From contig BFEA01000014.1 in assembly GCA_003427395.1 (NCBI GenBank), forward strand, positions 5,097,643 to 5,149,504: 51,862 nucleotides of DNA, written 5' to 3'. Below the pieces are notes generated by a model, which saw nothing but the letters and a program-made list of their open reading frames with translations, was not told where the DNA came from and did not search any database. The stretch's first letter is position 1. Every line of letters begins with the position of its first letter. Origin of the DNA: Chara braunii (taxonomy: Eukaryota > Plantae > Charophyceae). This document shows, piece after piece, positions 9,748 to 20,322 of the stretch. Position numbers and translations under genes: made by a program.

Positions 9748-11460
9748 GTTAAGGTATGGTTGGGCGATCACAACGATCACTATTATGTACTGTCTCGCTT
9801 CCTTGTGAGTAGGACGCTCACACTTACGCAAATCCCTCATGTGACAGCGATCAAGATTGCTCTTGAGCTGAAGAAGCTCCTCGTGGACAATTCTTTATTG
9901 GATGTATCGCAGAGCGACCTGGAGGCCAACCTTTTCAAACTTATGCGAAGACGAGGATTCGGCGACGAGTACATCAGTCGCTATCAGATGATGACCCGGT
10001 TTCATCATTTGCGTGTTCCGCTCATTGTTCTGGTCTGTGGGACAGCGTGTGTGGGAAAGTCGACGATCGCCACACAGCTGGCCCAGCGCCTGAACTTGCC
10101 AAATGTCTTGCAAACGGACATGATCTACGAGTTGCTTCGTACGGCCGAGGATTCACCGCTGCATCCAGAGCCGGTGTGGGCAAGGAACCTGAGTCCTGAG
10201 GAAGTCCTCAGCGAGTTTTGTAGAGAGTGCCGGGTTGTGCGGAAAGGGCTTGAGGGCGATCTTGCAAAGTCGATGCGAGAGGGCAAGCCCATCATCATTG
10301 AAGGGGTACAAATAGACCCTGCTATTTACCTCCAGGAGATGGCTGGCATTCTGCCTCCGTTGTCGACTGCTTCTGGTCCCAATGGCGTGGTCCCCACCCC
10401 ACCGGCGACCATCGATTCATTAGGCGTCTTGGTAACGCCACCGGTTCCTGATGTCTGTGGTCCCGGTCGGGGGCCCGACGGCGACACCGCGGATGCAAGT
10501 GTTGCGCGCAGGTCACAACAGCGTTCCGATGATGAGAGCAGCGGTAGAGGGCAAGGCGAGGCAGGTTCTGTAGCGATCGCTGATCGAGCGAAGGTTGGGT
10601 GGAGCAGTGGAAAAGGGCTAGAAGAGGAGGGCAGGGGCACACCTTCACCGAGCGAGTCGAGCGGAGAAAGGGAACTCCAGCACGCCGGTCCCAGCAGTGG
10701 CAATGTCAGAGGCTCCAGCTGTGCCACGGCCGGCAGTGGAAGGTTTGGTTCCGTCACGGCACAGGGAAACGGGACAAGTGGCGAGGGTGATGAACCAGAG
10801 GAAGGAGGTGGGGAGAATGGGGTGAGGAAGAGCATCGAACGTGCGGAGCTTGGCTCCGTAGACAACGCAAGTGAGGAGTTGGACGAGCATGTCGGCTCAA
10901 GATGCAAGGCGGAGGGTTCAGTTCAAGCAGCATTAGGGAACTCAAGTATAGGGAGGGAGGAGACGGAGAAGGGTGCAGCGATGGAGGGCAGGACTGGAGG
11001 GGGAGAGAGCATAGAGGAGACGACGGGGAGGGAGGAGGATGGGCAGTTGAAAGCTGGAGAAGAAGGGAAGGCGGAACTGGGGAAGGATGCAAGAGAGGAC
11101 GTTGCGGTTGTTGGGAAGAGCGAGTCGTCGAGGGCGGAATGCACGAGGAGAAAACAAGTAGGGAAACATACTTTGAAACCGATCATTGTGTTAATTGTGC
11201 TGAAAATGGACGAGGAGGACCACGACTCGCTCCTGGAGGAGTGGTTCGGGAACAGAATGAGCCCACCGTACGATGGCAACTTAGCGCAAGTGAGGGCTAA
11301 TCTCAGGGTCATTCAGAAGTACCTCTGCTCTTTTGAAGGTCAAGGGGTTGCCACAGTAAAGGTCTCACCAACCACTTTTTCTCAGACCCTTGATGGGCTT
11401 CATGGTTTTCTTCTACAAAGCATTGAAATGGGATGCCGCATGCAATCTCTGAAAAAATAA
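9748..11460 (+). CDS. Exon 2 of 2-phosphoglycerate-kinase-like P-loop NTPase (plant family related to LPA1-type proteins; resembles Arabidopsis At5g61450); spliced product ~592 aa
   Basis: Pyrimidine tract and TTGCAG acceptor at 9747. Uninterrupted ORF with Walker A (GTACVGKST), TQLAQRLNLPNVLQTD and GKPIIIEG, a long low-complexity G/E/S linker, and a C-terminal PIIVLIVLKMDEEDH...NLRVIQKYL block. Confidence 0.9.
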   Translation, partial: VKVWLGDHNDHYYVLSRFLVSRTLTLTQIPHVTAIKIALELKKLLVDNSLLDVSQSDLEANLFKLMRRRGFGDEYISRYQMMTRFHHLRVPLIVLVCGTACVGKSTIATQLAQRLNLPNVLQTDMIYELLRTAEDSPLHPEPVWARNLSPEEVLSEFCRECRVVRKGLEGDLAKSMREGKPIIIEGVQIDPAIYLQEMAGILPPLSTASGPNGVVPTPPATIDSLGVLVTPPVPDVCGPGRGPDGDTADASVARRSQQRSDDESSGRGQGEAGSVAIADRAKVGWSSGKGLEEEGRGTPSPSESSGERELQHAGPSSGNVRGSSCATAGSGRFGSVTAQGNGTSGEGDEPEEGGGENGVRKSIERAELGSVDNASEELDEHVGSRCKAEGSVQAALGNSSIGREETEKGAAMEGRTGGGESIEETTGREEDGQLKAGEEGKAELGKDAREDVAVVGKSESSRAECTRRKQVGKHTLKPIIVLIVLKMDEEDHDSLLEEWFGNRMSPPYDGNLAQVRANLRVIQKYLCSFEGQGVATVKVSPTTFSQTLDGLHGFLLQSIEMGCRMQSLKK

Positions 11461-11538
11461 CAGGAAATTGCTAGATTGTGGAAACCCTGCTCCTCCTCGT
11501 TTTCTAATTGTCTGCATCTAGCTTGTTTGCCCAACTTT

Positions 11539-11880
11539 CTCCTCCTCCTCCTCCTCCTCCTCCTCCTCCTCCTCGTTGGTCACTAGACTCACTATACTTT
11601 CATTTTTTTCTCATTTTCTTTCTCCTCTCGCCAGTGTCCTCAGACTCCGCTCCTCCTCCTCCTCTTCCTCCTCCCCTTCCTCCTCCTCTTCCTCCTCCTC
11701 TTCCTCCTCCTCTTCCTCCTCCTCTTCCTCCTCCTCTTCCTCCTCCTCTTCCTCCTCTTCCTCCTCTTCCTCCTCTTCCTCCTCTTCCTCCTCTTCCTCC
11801 TCTTCCTCCTTCTCTTCCTCCTCCTCTTCCTCCTCTCTTCCTTCACTGCCTCCTCTTCTTCCTCCTCTTCCTCCTCCTCG
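11539..11880. repeat. (CCT/CTT)n low-complexity tract
   Basis: Direct inspection. Confidence 0.9.
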
Positions 11881-13550
11881 GTGTCTATGGGTCCTGATCT
11901 TCTTCTCCTCTACATCTATAGCCGTTCTCACTCCCTTTGTCCTCGTCGCTGACGTCGTCGTTGTCCTTATCGTCGTTGTGGCCCTCTCCTCCTCGCTGTC
12001 TTCGGTGCCCGTTTAATGACTAAAATTTGCTCCTCTCTCTCAGATGTTTGACTCTCCCCTCCCTCTATCTCTACAAGCATTTCCTTGCCTTTCTCCACCT
12101 CCCCCACCTCCTTTTCCTCCTCCTCCGCCTCCTCCTCCTCTGCTTCTTCCACTAACTACCCCATTCATCTACGCATATTCGTCGATGTAAGTATGTTCTT
12201 CCTTATATCCCGACTCGTGCCTCTATATCTCCCCACATCCTGCGGCGTCTCAACCTGAGCGACATCCCCCCCGTGGTTTTCTCAGCCGGCCCTCGATGAA
12301 TTCGTTTGCGTGTCATTTATTTATACTCTTTAAAATTCTTTTGCACAAATTTGCAGGCGATTGCGCTTCTCTTCCTTTTCCGAACACTGTCTCCACCACC
12401 AGCCTCACTCTCCCTCATCCACACATGTACGAGGATCTACCCTGAATGTCCACGCTACACAGACACACACACTCTGTACACTCTGTCCGTGATAACAGCT
12501 GGGCGGCTATGGCCGCCGTCGTCTTCCTCGCTGCCGACTTCAGCTCCGGGCACCTGCAGACCTCCATGCACAAGTCACCAAGTCAGCGCTTCCGCATGGC
12601 TCACAGGCGAATGAATGAATGGCTGGACGCTGCCTCTTTATTTATACTTCTTCGGAGGTGGTCGGGCCCTGCCTGGGCCAAAACGCGTGGGCCTGGCCCC
12701 TTACCGCATGGGGCCCGCGTCTGGACTCTTCCAGGCCGTGTAGGCCTGGTAGGCCCAAAACGCGTGGGCTGCTGGGCCCCAAAACGTGTGTTCCGGACCC
12801 TTCTGCATACCACGTGGCCACATCCTTCCCCCCACGTGCAGCCCTTCCCTGATACTTGCTGACTGGACCGGTCCACAGGGACCTACAGTCTTCTAGAGTC
12901 TACAGTCCTACGGACTGACTCTAGGTCCTCAGTAGACTCAGGTAGAGACTTCTAGAACAGCCCCTCCTAGGACTACCGGTAACATACTCTACCTGAGTCT
13001 AGGGCCCTACTAACCGACATACCTCGGGATAAAGTCCAACTTACCCAAGCTACGGCCTAACCTATGACACGGGACAGGTTGCGGGTTCGAATCTCACACA
13101 GTCCAGTCACTGGGTAGATGTGCAGGGCACAGGCATAGGTCTAGGGATCGAATCTCACTCAGCACACAGGGGCAATGTACAGGGTTCAGGCATAATAGGT
13201 CTAGGGATCGAATCTCAGTGTCTGAAAATGTCGGATCAACGGGGTGAAACCGTTTCGTTTCACAGCGTTAAACTTTTTCAGTTTTGTGCTTTTGTCGTTT
13301 TGGGAATTGCATGTTTGCCCTTTGTTCAATTTCTGAAAACTGGCCTCGGGGGATATTTCTGTAATTTCCGCACCTGGGACAGGCCTGCAATATAATTTCG
13401 GCAAACAGAACTTGACCGTGACCGGGTAGGCCTAAAAAAAGTAACGGAGGGTACCAAATCTTTCAGGTAAAACTATTTCCGACCCCCCCCCCTCCCCTCG
13501 CCATCTTTTGAAGTGGCAAGATGCCGTGGTACTGGCTCATGGGGTAATCT

Positions 13551-13581
<31 letters not shown>

Positions 13582-13687
13582 GTGGACCCATGGGGTATTC
13601 TATCCGCACCAACTCCCTGAAAGTAGGCCAGGCCCCCGCAGCCGGCGGCTGACTGCCTGACCGTCAGTGTACTTGAACCACCAGTAA

Positions 13688-13854
13688 GGGCCAGATCCCA
13701 CTGGCAAAGAGGATTGGAAGAAGTGTCTGAATCTGCACGTGTTCCACGCAGAGGTGCAGAAAAAGTAGATCAATCATAGTTTTTGGCACCTGTCCACAAA
13801 CACGTCCGCATTCAGACACTTGCTGCAATCCTCTTTGCCAGTGGGATCTCGCCG
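13688..13854. mobile_element. Tourist/Harbinger-like MITE (167 bp, almost fully palindromic)
   Basis: TAA|GGGCCAGATCCCACTGGCAAAGAGGATTG...CAATCCTCTTTGCCAGTGGGATCTCGCCG|TAA. Confidence 0.82.
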
Positions 13855-14340
13855 TAAGTACACCCGGGCCTGGAGGCGCCGTACTGCGCGCCACACTTTT
13901 CCGAACCGCCAGCGGCACACTTTTTTTTTTTTTTTTTGGCTGGCGCCACCAGTCATTGTGGTCCTGTAGGTAGGCCGAGCCTCCGAATATTTTTGTAGGC
14001 GACGAGTTGCATTTTCAGCAAGGCGGTTGGGCCGTGTACTGGCGGTTTAAGGCCCAGCCGGTCTGGTCAAGCGCACACATGTCAATGCCCACTCCTCGAC
14101 CCGTCCGCTGACGGGAAAGGTCTACCGTCTTCCCCCCAACATCCAAACAAAACACATATGTGTTGCATTTGAGTTTTCAAAAAACTCAAAAATCCGAATA
14201 GAAAGCATACGCGTTGTATTCGAAATAAGGGCTGTTCGAATAGAAAGCAACCTCCATGTTGTTTTCCTTTAACAACACATCTGTGTTTTGTTCGGGGGAA
14301 GCCTGTAGTCAAATGCACACTGGTCAATGCCAATTTCTGA

Positions 14341-14427
<87 letters not shown>

Positions 14428-14499
14428 AGAGTGCGCCGCACCAGCGTTGTTTGATTTGATCGTCTGCCGACGCCGGCTTCAGTGTGCCTGACCAGTTAC

Positions 14500-15030
14500 A
14501 GCTATGCTCTGTGACTTGTCGGCCATTCTCAAGGTACGCGGTTCCTGAGCCGAGGTATCTGAGCAGAGACCAGTCTGGCCGGCGAGGGGAACAGTGTGGT
14601 GTGTACACCTCGCAGCGGGGAATTTTCGGAGTGGAGGCTTTGGGCATTTTGTGCATGGTGGGGTGCGGTGAGAGTGACGACCGAAGCAGATGCAGGGGAT
14701 GGTAGAAGTGTCGAAGTGTGTACTAGGAAAGAAGGCTGCTGTGACTTGTTCGACGTCGTCAAGGCACGCGGTTCATAAAAACAGTGGCATCTGTGGTATC
14801 TGAGCCGAGACCATCTGCTTGGCGAGGGGCATAACAGTGTGTACGCCTCGCGACGAGGAATTTTCGAAGTGGTCTTGGCTAAAGATACCACTGTTTTTAT
14901 GAACTACGCGACAGGGAATTTTGGAAGTGATGGCTTCGGCCTTGGGTAATTTGTGTGCATGGTGACATGTGGCAAGATTGAAGCGTAAAGCAGGTGTGTA
15001 GATGACGGTGGAAAATGTCGAAGCGTGTCA
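14500..15030. repeat. Degenerate tandem repeat (~240-bp and partial units)
   Basis: GGTATCTGAGC.GAGACCA and GGAATTTT.G.AGTG recur two to three times. Confidence 0.65.
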
Positions 15031-16045
15031 CACGTAAGGGTGCTGGCTGGTGATGATGGGTGACGGCGGCACATCAGAGCTGCGCGGCGAGGTTGCACGG
15101 AAGGCTGCTGGGTGAGTCGCGATGACGAACTGAAGAGCAAGTTCAATCAGTTGTGGCTGTAATTTGTTATGCAGTGCAAGAAAAAAGGTCTGTTGTGGAG
15201 AAATATGGGAGGAGGAATGATGGAACAGCCATATATTTTTGTCAAAAAAAAAAAACAAGAAACAAAAAAAAAAACGGGAGGAGGTTAGTATAGAGTACAA
15301 TGGGGAGACAACAAGTTCGAATGAGTAGTGCAGAGGAGAATTTTGGGAGATATAACCAACGAGCGACAAGCGTAGGTCAGTTGGCACACCCGTGAACTGT
15401 TGAAATACAGACGTGAGTTCGAATCCGTATGGAGAAAGGAGAAAGGAGAATTGGGAGATATAAGAGTAGAATTGAGGTGGGAATTTGAATTAGTAGTACA
15501 GAGTAGAACTGAGGTGGGAATTTGCGCTGCTGCAACTACACAAGGACAAGTTGAGTTTTTCTTTTCGTATTCTTTTTACTTTACTTCGATAAAAAAACAT
15601 CTTCCTCGGCTATGGTCTGTCTCTCGGACAGGTATTGTTCTTCCCCTTGAGTGATGTCCGACTAATCATCAGACTGAGGGCCTCGCCTGGGCACTCGGCA
15701 AATATGCAAAATGGGAATGAATCTTTCGCTAGGACATGGAAAGATACGCCGCCGTAAGTTGTCTTTTTTTGTTTTTTTTGCATTTGGTGAGTAGCGCGGC
15801 GAGAGGCCTTGGTGTCATATCAGAGCTTATATTCTAGAGAAGATTCCAAGGATGAATCAGATGAGAGTTCCTTCCCGGAGAAGAAGGCGGCAAATGTACT
15901 ACACACCAACGGAATCATGACGCATAGGTGATTTTTTTTTTCCCCCTTTTTTTTCTCTTTTTTTTCTATATTTGGTGAGGGAATTGAGAATTTCTGCAGA
16001 AGTAGAGGTTGATTTCTTTTTATCTTTGTTTTCATCTTTTTTTTT

Positions 16046-16147
16046 TTTTGGACCATTTTTCGATCCATGCGTGTCATCCTTGCACAGGGGACCATGCTAA
16101 TCTTCATTCTCTGTATCGTTCCAATTTTAACGGATGTCCTGAAGGAC
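16046..16147 (-). pseudogene. U6 snRNA retrocopy 3 (full length)
   Basis: Reverse complement GTCCTTCAGGACATCCGTTAAAATTGGAACGATACAGAGAATGAAGATTAGCATGGTCCCCTGTGCAAGGATGACACGCATGGATCGAAAAATGGTCC, then poly(A). Flanked by AGAGGTTG(CA)ATTTCT direct repeats. Confidence 0.93.
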
Positions 16148-16223
16148 AGAGGTTGCAATTTCTGCAAAAGTAGAGGTAGCAATTTGTTTTCGTCTTTTTT
16201 TTTTTCTTTTTTTTTTTTTTTTT

Positions 16224-16331
16224 AAGTTCACCCCTTCTCAATTTATGCGTGTCGTCCTTGCGGAGGGGCCATGCTAATTAATCTTCTCCGTATTGTTACA
16301 CATTAGAATTTTAACTGATGTCCCGAACGAC
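16224..16331 (-). pseudogene. U6 snRNA retrocopy 4 (tandem with copy 3)
   Basis: Reverse complement GTCGTTCGGGACATCAGTTAAAATT...ACGGAGAAGATTAATTAGCATGGCCCCTCCGCAAGGACGACACGCATAAATTGAGAAGG, then poly(A). Confidence 0.88.
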
Positions 16332-16374
16332 AGAGGTTGCAAATTGCAATTTCTTTTTTTTTTCCAGAAAAAAA

Positions 16375-16430
16375 CATGGCCCCTGCGCTTTGAAGGATGA
16401 CACGCATAAATCGAGAAATGGTCCAATTTG
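16375..16430 (+). pseudogene. U6 snRNA 3'-half fragment (copy 5)
   Basis: CATGGCCCCTGCGC[TTTG]AAGGATGACACGCATAAATCGAGAAATGGTCCAATTT matches the 3' half of plant U6 with a 4-nt insertion. Confidence 0.9.
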
Positions 16431-16506
16431 TTTTTTTCTTCTTATACTGTCACTGAGGCCTTCCCCTTATCGCTGTCCTACGTACATCACCATCTAGAAT
16501 GCAAGG

Positions 16507-16540
<34 letters not shown>

Positions 16541-19113
16541 TCCGTACGTGCCCAGCTCCATATTCATTCTGGGGTAGTTGCAGTGTCTGTTCTGTTCTGT
16601 TGTCAGTCTCTGCAAGTAGTTGGGGGAAGGAATCAATTTCGAAAAAATGCACCCCTTCTCAATTTGCGCTTATCATCGAAGCTGGGCGCTTTAAGGACCT
16701 GTTTTTTTTTTTTTTTCCCTGAAGAAGGAAATACATTGTTATAACTTATAAATGAAGACAGGAACGGCCATGCCCAAGGCTGCTCTTGAGTACTTGCTTG
16801 GTTGTGCAGAGAGCTTGTGAGCTCTCTGTATCGCTTGGGTCACAGTGCCACCTGTTCGGGGACCAGTGGCGCTGAATGTAACCTGAGCCTGTTGGGGGAA
16901 GGTGCTGGTTTCACTAATATCCTTGGGTGGGGNCTCTCATCACCCCGATGCGGGCAGTCCGTCGCCTCACACCCACACAGAGTTGTCACCCCGCTTGATC
17001 CAAGCATGCAAGACAGGTTCGCCTGTGTGCCACAGTCCGTCACGGCCCCACGTCAACCCCGCACGCTCCGCATCAGCTCGTGGATCGCCAAACTCTCTAC
17101 TCACCTGCCAGATTTCGCTCGTTAGCCGATCCTCTCCTCTCGACCGCGCTAAGTTCCAAAATTCTTAGAGAGGGAGTTAACCGCGCTTACGAAATTTATA
17201 GCAGGCATGCGTGTGCGCGCGATACCCGGGATTGTGTCTGAGTACGGGGAAGAAGGAGGAAGGGAGTGCCTACGACTGCATGGCCAGGCCATGGCGTGGG
17301 GGACATAGGCTCACTCCACACATCGATCCAGTCATGCACGCGTTCAGGCCAATAGGGCAGAGGAAGAAATACGCGAGCACGGAGGCGCCACAAAAGATAC
17401 CAAGAGCGAGGGAATTACAGTTGCAATTATGCCCGCCAAAACAAAATTTACAGTTACACTCAGGATTAAGGCGTGGAGAAATCAGAGCACAGATCTTGAC
17501 GTGGCATGGCGTGCGCAAGCAAGAACCGCCGTGCAGCAGAATTGAGGTGCGCCTAAATTCCTAATTCTAATTCCTAGTTGCAAAAAGAAATTCCAGACGA
17601 AGCAATTTCCGAGAGCCCCGCCGCGGGGGCTCGACATCAGTTGAAAATTCAAAAAAAGATTTCCACGCGCTACAATCGCGCCAAAAATTCCCCATTCTCA
17701 CAGCAGAACAAGAAAGAAGCTATGGCAACAGTTATTCGTCGCACTCGCTAAGGCGAGATCAACTACCAACCGTCACGGGACCAGGCCAGCCCCCCCCTTC
17801 CCAAAGGATGCGAAAGCACAAGGACGCGTAAAGCAAGGGCATCCATGCAATTCACCAGGCCATCCGGACTCAACCCATTTCAACCCCCGACGTAGCCTGA
17901 CGCAGAAGATCATGCGGTTGCAGAAAGTAGTTCGTCACAATGCAACCGTGCCTTATTCTGCTGGCTGAAGGTATGTTGCCCCCTCTGCTGCAGAGGCGTG
18001 ATAATGGATGTCATCTGGACAGCAAGAAATGCAAGGGTTTACAGAGGAGAAGATTCCCTCCAAATTTCAAGAGCAAATGCAGATCAAACAAGGTATTAGG
18101 AGGATTTTTCAGGCGGATTGGCAGAGAAGAAAACATTATATGGTTCCAAAAAACTTGGGCATACAAGGATAGACTAGCGATAGTCAATGCCAAAGGTCGC
18201 TTCTCCTTTTGTACTTTGTTCTCAGATGCACATGACTGAGTATGCGTCATAGACTGCACAGCCACCTTTGGCACAGAAACCAGGAATTTTAGACTGTGGA
18301 CAGCCCTGTCAATAGGGTATAAAGGGAGTATACAGTGGCTGTCACTCAGGGGGGGCTTTGCTACCCCACCTTTTTGGTGCTTCAAGTTTTATCTTCTGGA
18401 AGAAGAGATCTTTTAGAAGGCGTAGAGCTATGGTACACTGGACCCAGTTTCCAGGACAAGCCTATACTGGGTAATGACCCCAGGTCTTTCACCAGGTTGT
18501 TTGTGAGGATTCGTGGCCTCGACATTTATTTGTTATTAAAGCATGATTTCTTCCAAAAAGAAGGAATAATAATAATTTCATTGTCGGAAACACAAATGAA
18601 TACCACAGAGGTGAGACTTGCAAGTCGGCCCCACACGCCGCCCTCCCAGATCGAGGTCCCAGGAGTTCAGGGCCTCACCATGCTAAATGCCAAGTGCATT
18701 GTTATGGAGAAGGGGGCAAGATGCATCCTTCAAGTATGCGTAGGGTGCAGTGGTGGGTCTTCCATGTCCTATGGGAGGAGTTACCTGCCATTTCAAGTTG
18801 TCAGGGTACATGAGTAGTGCGGCGATGTCCCTTTCTCCTGCCTTGAGGCCTAGTTGCACCACTACCACCAACATGTTGAATGCATCGGGACAGCTTTGCC
18901 TGCTCAGATTCGTGCACGATTTTGGCGGATGGCGAGTGGTACAGTGAGGTCTTTGCTCTGAACTCCGCTGTAAGTATACCTGGATCAATGGACGGACGGT
19001 CGGGATGACCAGATTCATCCACAACTTTGCCTGGTGTGTGTTCCAGCAGAGATTCCTGTGGTCATGGTGGAACAGCAGACGTAGACCAGCAGACACCACC
19101 ACTGCCATTACTC

Positions 19114-19228
19114 TTTTCTTTTTTTTTTCCCTTCTTTTTTCTTACTTCTTAGTCGTTCATCGTCCTTGCGCAGGGGCCATGCCAATCTTCTGCGTATCGT
19201 TCCAATTTCACGGGATGTCCCGAAGGAC
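19114..19228 (-). pseudogene. U6 snRNA retrocopy 6 (3' end diverged) with A-rich tail and TSD
   Basis: Reverse complement GTCCTTCGGGACATCCCGTGAAATTGGAACGATACGCAGAAGATTGGCATGGCCCCTGCGCAAGGACGA, then an A-rich tail. TSD CTGCCA(T/C)TACTC at 19102-19113 and 19230-19241. Confidence 0.92.
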
Positions 19229-20266
19229 GCTGCCACTACTCCAACCTTAGGGCATACTCAGATACCACTTAGTACGTTTTGCTTCACTTCATTTCCTTGC
19301 CCCCCCCCCCTCATATTTATCCTCCCTCAAACTTTTCATGCTCTCAAAATGGCATTGGGGCCTGGCCGCACCGCTCGCCAAATGCGCAAATGACAAAACT
19401 TGACGACCTGATGTTGGTGTACATTCGTTCTCATTTTGCACATTTGCCGAGTGGCGCGGGGAGGCCCTTGGTCTCTGTTTTGGGACCCCGCCACTATGGG
19501 ACGTCCCACTTTGCTGGCTGGGGGTCCCACTGGATTCTTTTTTGTATGCAGGTTGCAGTTTGCTGGTACCAGCCGTAGATTACGTAACTGCACCCAAAAC
19601 AAAAAAGAAAGTAACTGAGATCAATGGGCCTCGCTCCACTACTCTAGACTCCCGAAGTTTTGAGAGTAACGCTTTGCCAGTGCTCCACTTACTCTACACT
19701 GGAACTCATGACAACACCCTTCAAGAGCTGTCAGAAAGCGCTCGAAGGACTCTCTCCGAGTCTATTTGTTTAGAGTTCATAGCCTTGCAACACTCATGTT
19801 TTCTAGCGTCCTCCCTCCTACCCCTGCTCTGGCCTCTTTTATCGCGAGTGTGGCCCCTGCCCCGACCATCAGAACGAGGTGGCGTTGTCATCTAGCACTC
19901 TAGAAGGGCTGTCAGTAGCGCTGAGAATTTTGTGAGTGCTTCTTCAGTTCTTGAGTCTGGAGTAAGTGGAGCGATGCATCTGTTTTCAAGAGTCCTAGAC
20001 CTCTGACAGCTCTAGAGTCACTCACAATTTTTTCCGCAAGTCCAGTGTAGTGGAGCGAGACCCAATGACAAGGAGTGGGATTGCCCCGTTCTTTTGACAG
20101 TGGGCCTGGCTGCACTGCGGTTGATTCCTTCTTATTTTGCACATTTGGTGAGTGGCAGAGCAACGTTCATTTTTACAGCAGGCAATCATTTTATTTCATT
20201 TCTTCGGGCCCAATCCCCAAGGGGGAACAGAATCTGCGGGAACGAGATCCGTCCCTGTAAGACAGT

Positions 20267-20322
<56 letters not shown>

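Noticed and set aside
11508-12152. Poly-Pro/Ser/Glu ORFs
   Set aside because: Translations of a CCT/CTT microsatellite.
16046-16147. Functional U6 gene
   Set aside because: No visible USE/TATA upstream, an A-tail in place of a T terminator, and an insertion in the catalytic core.
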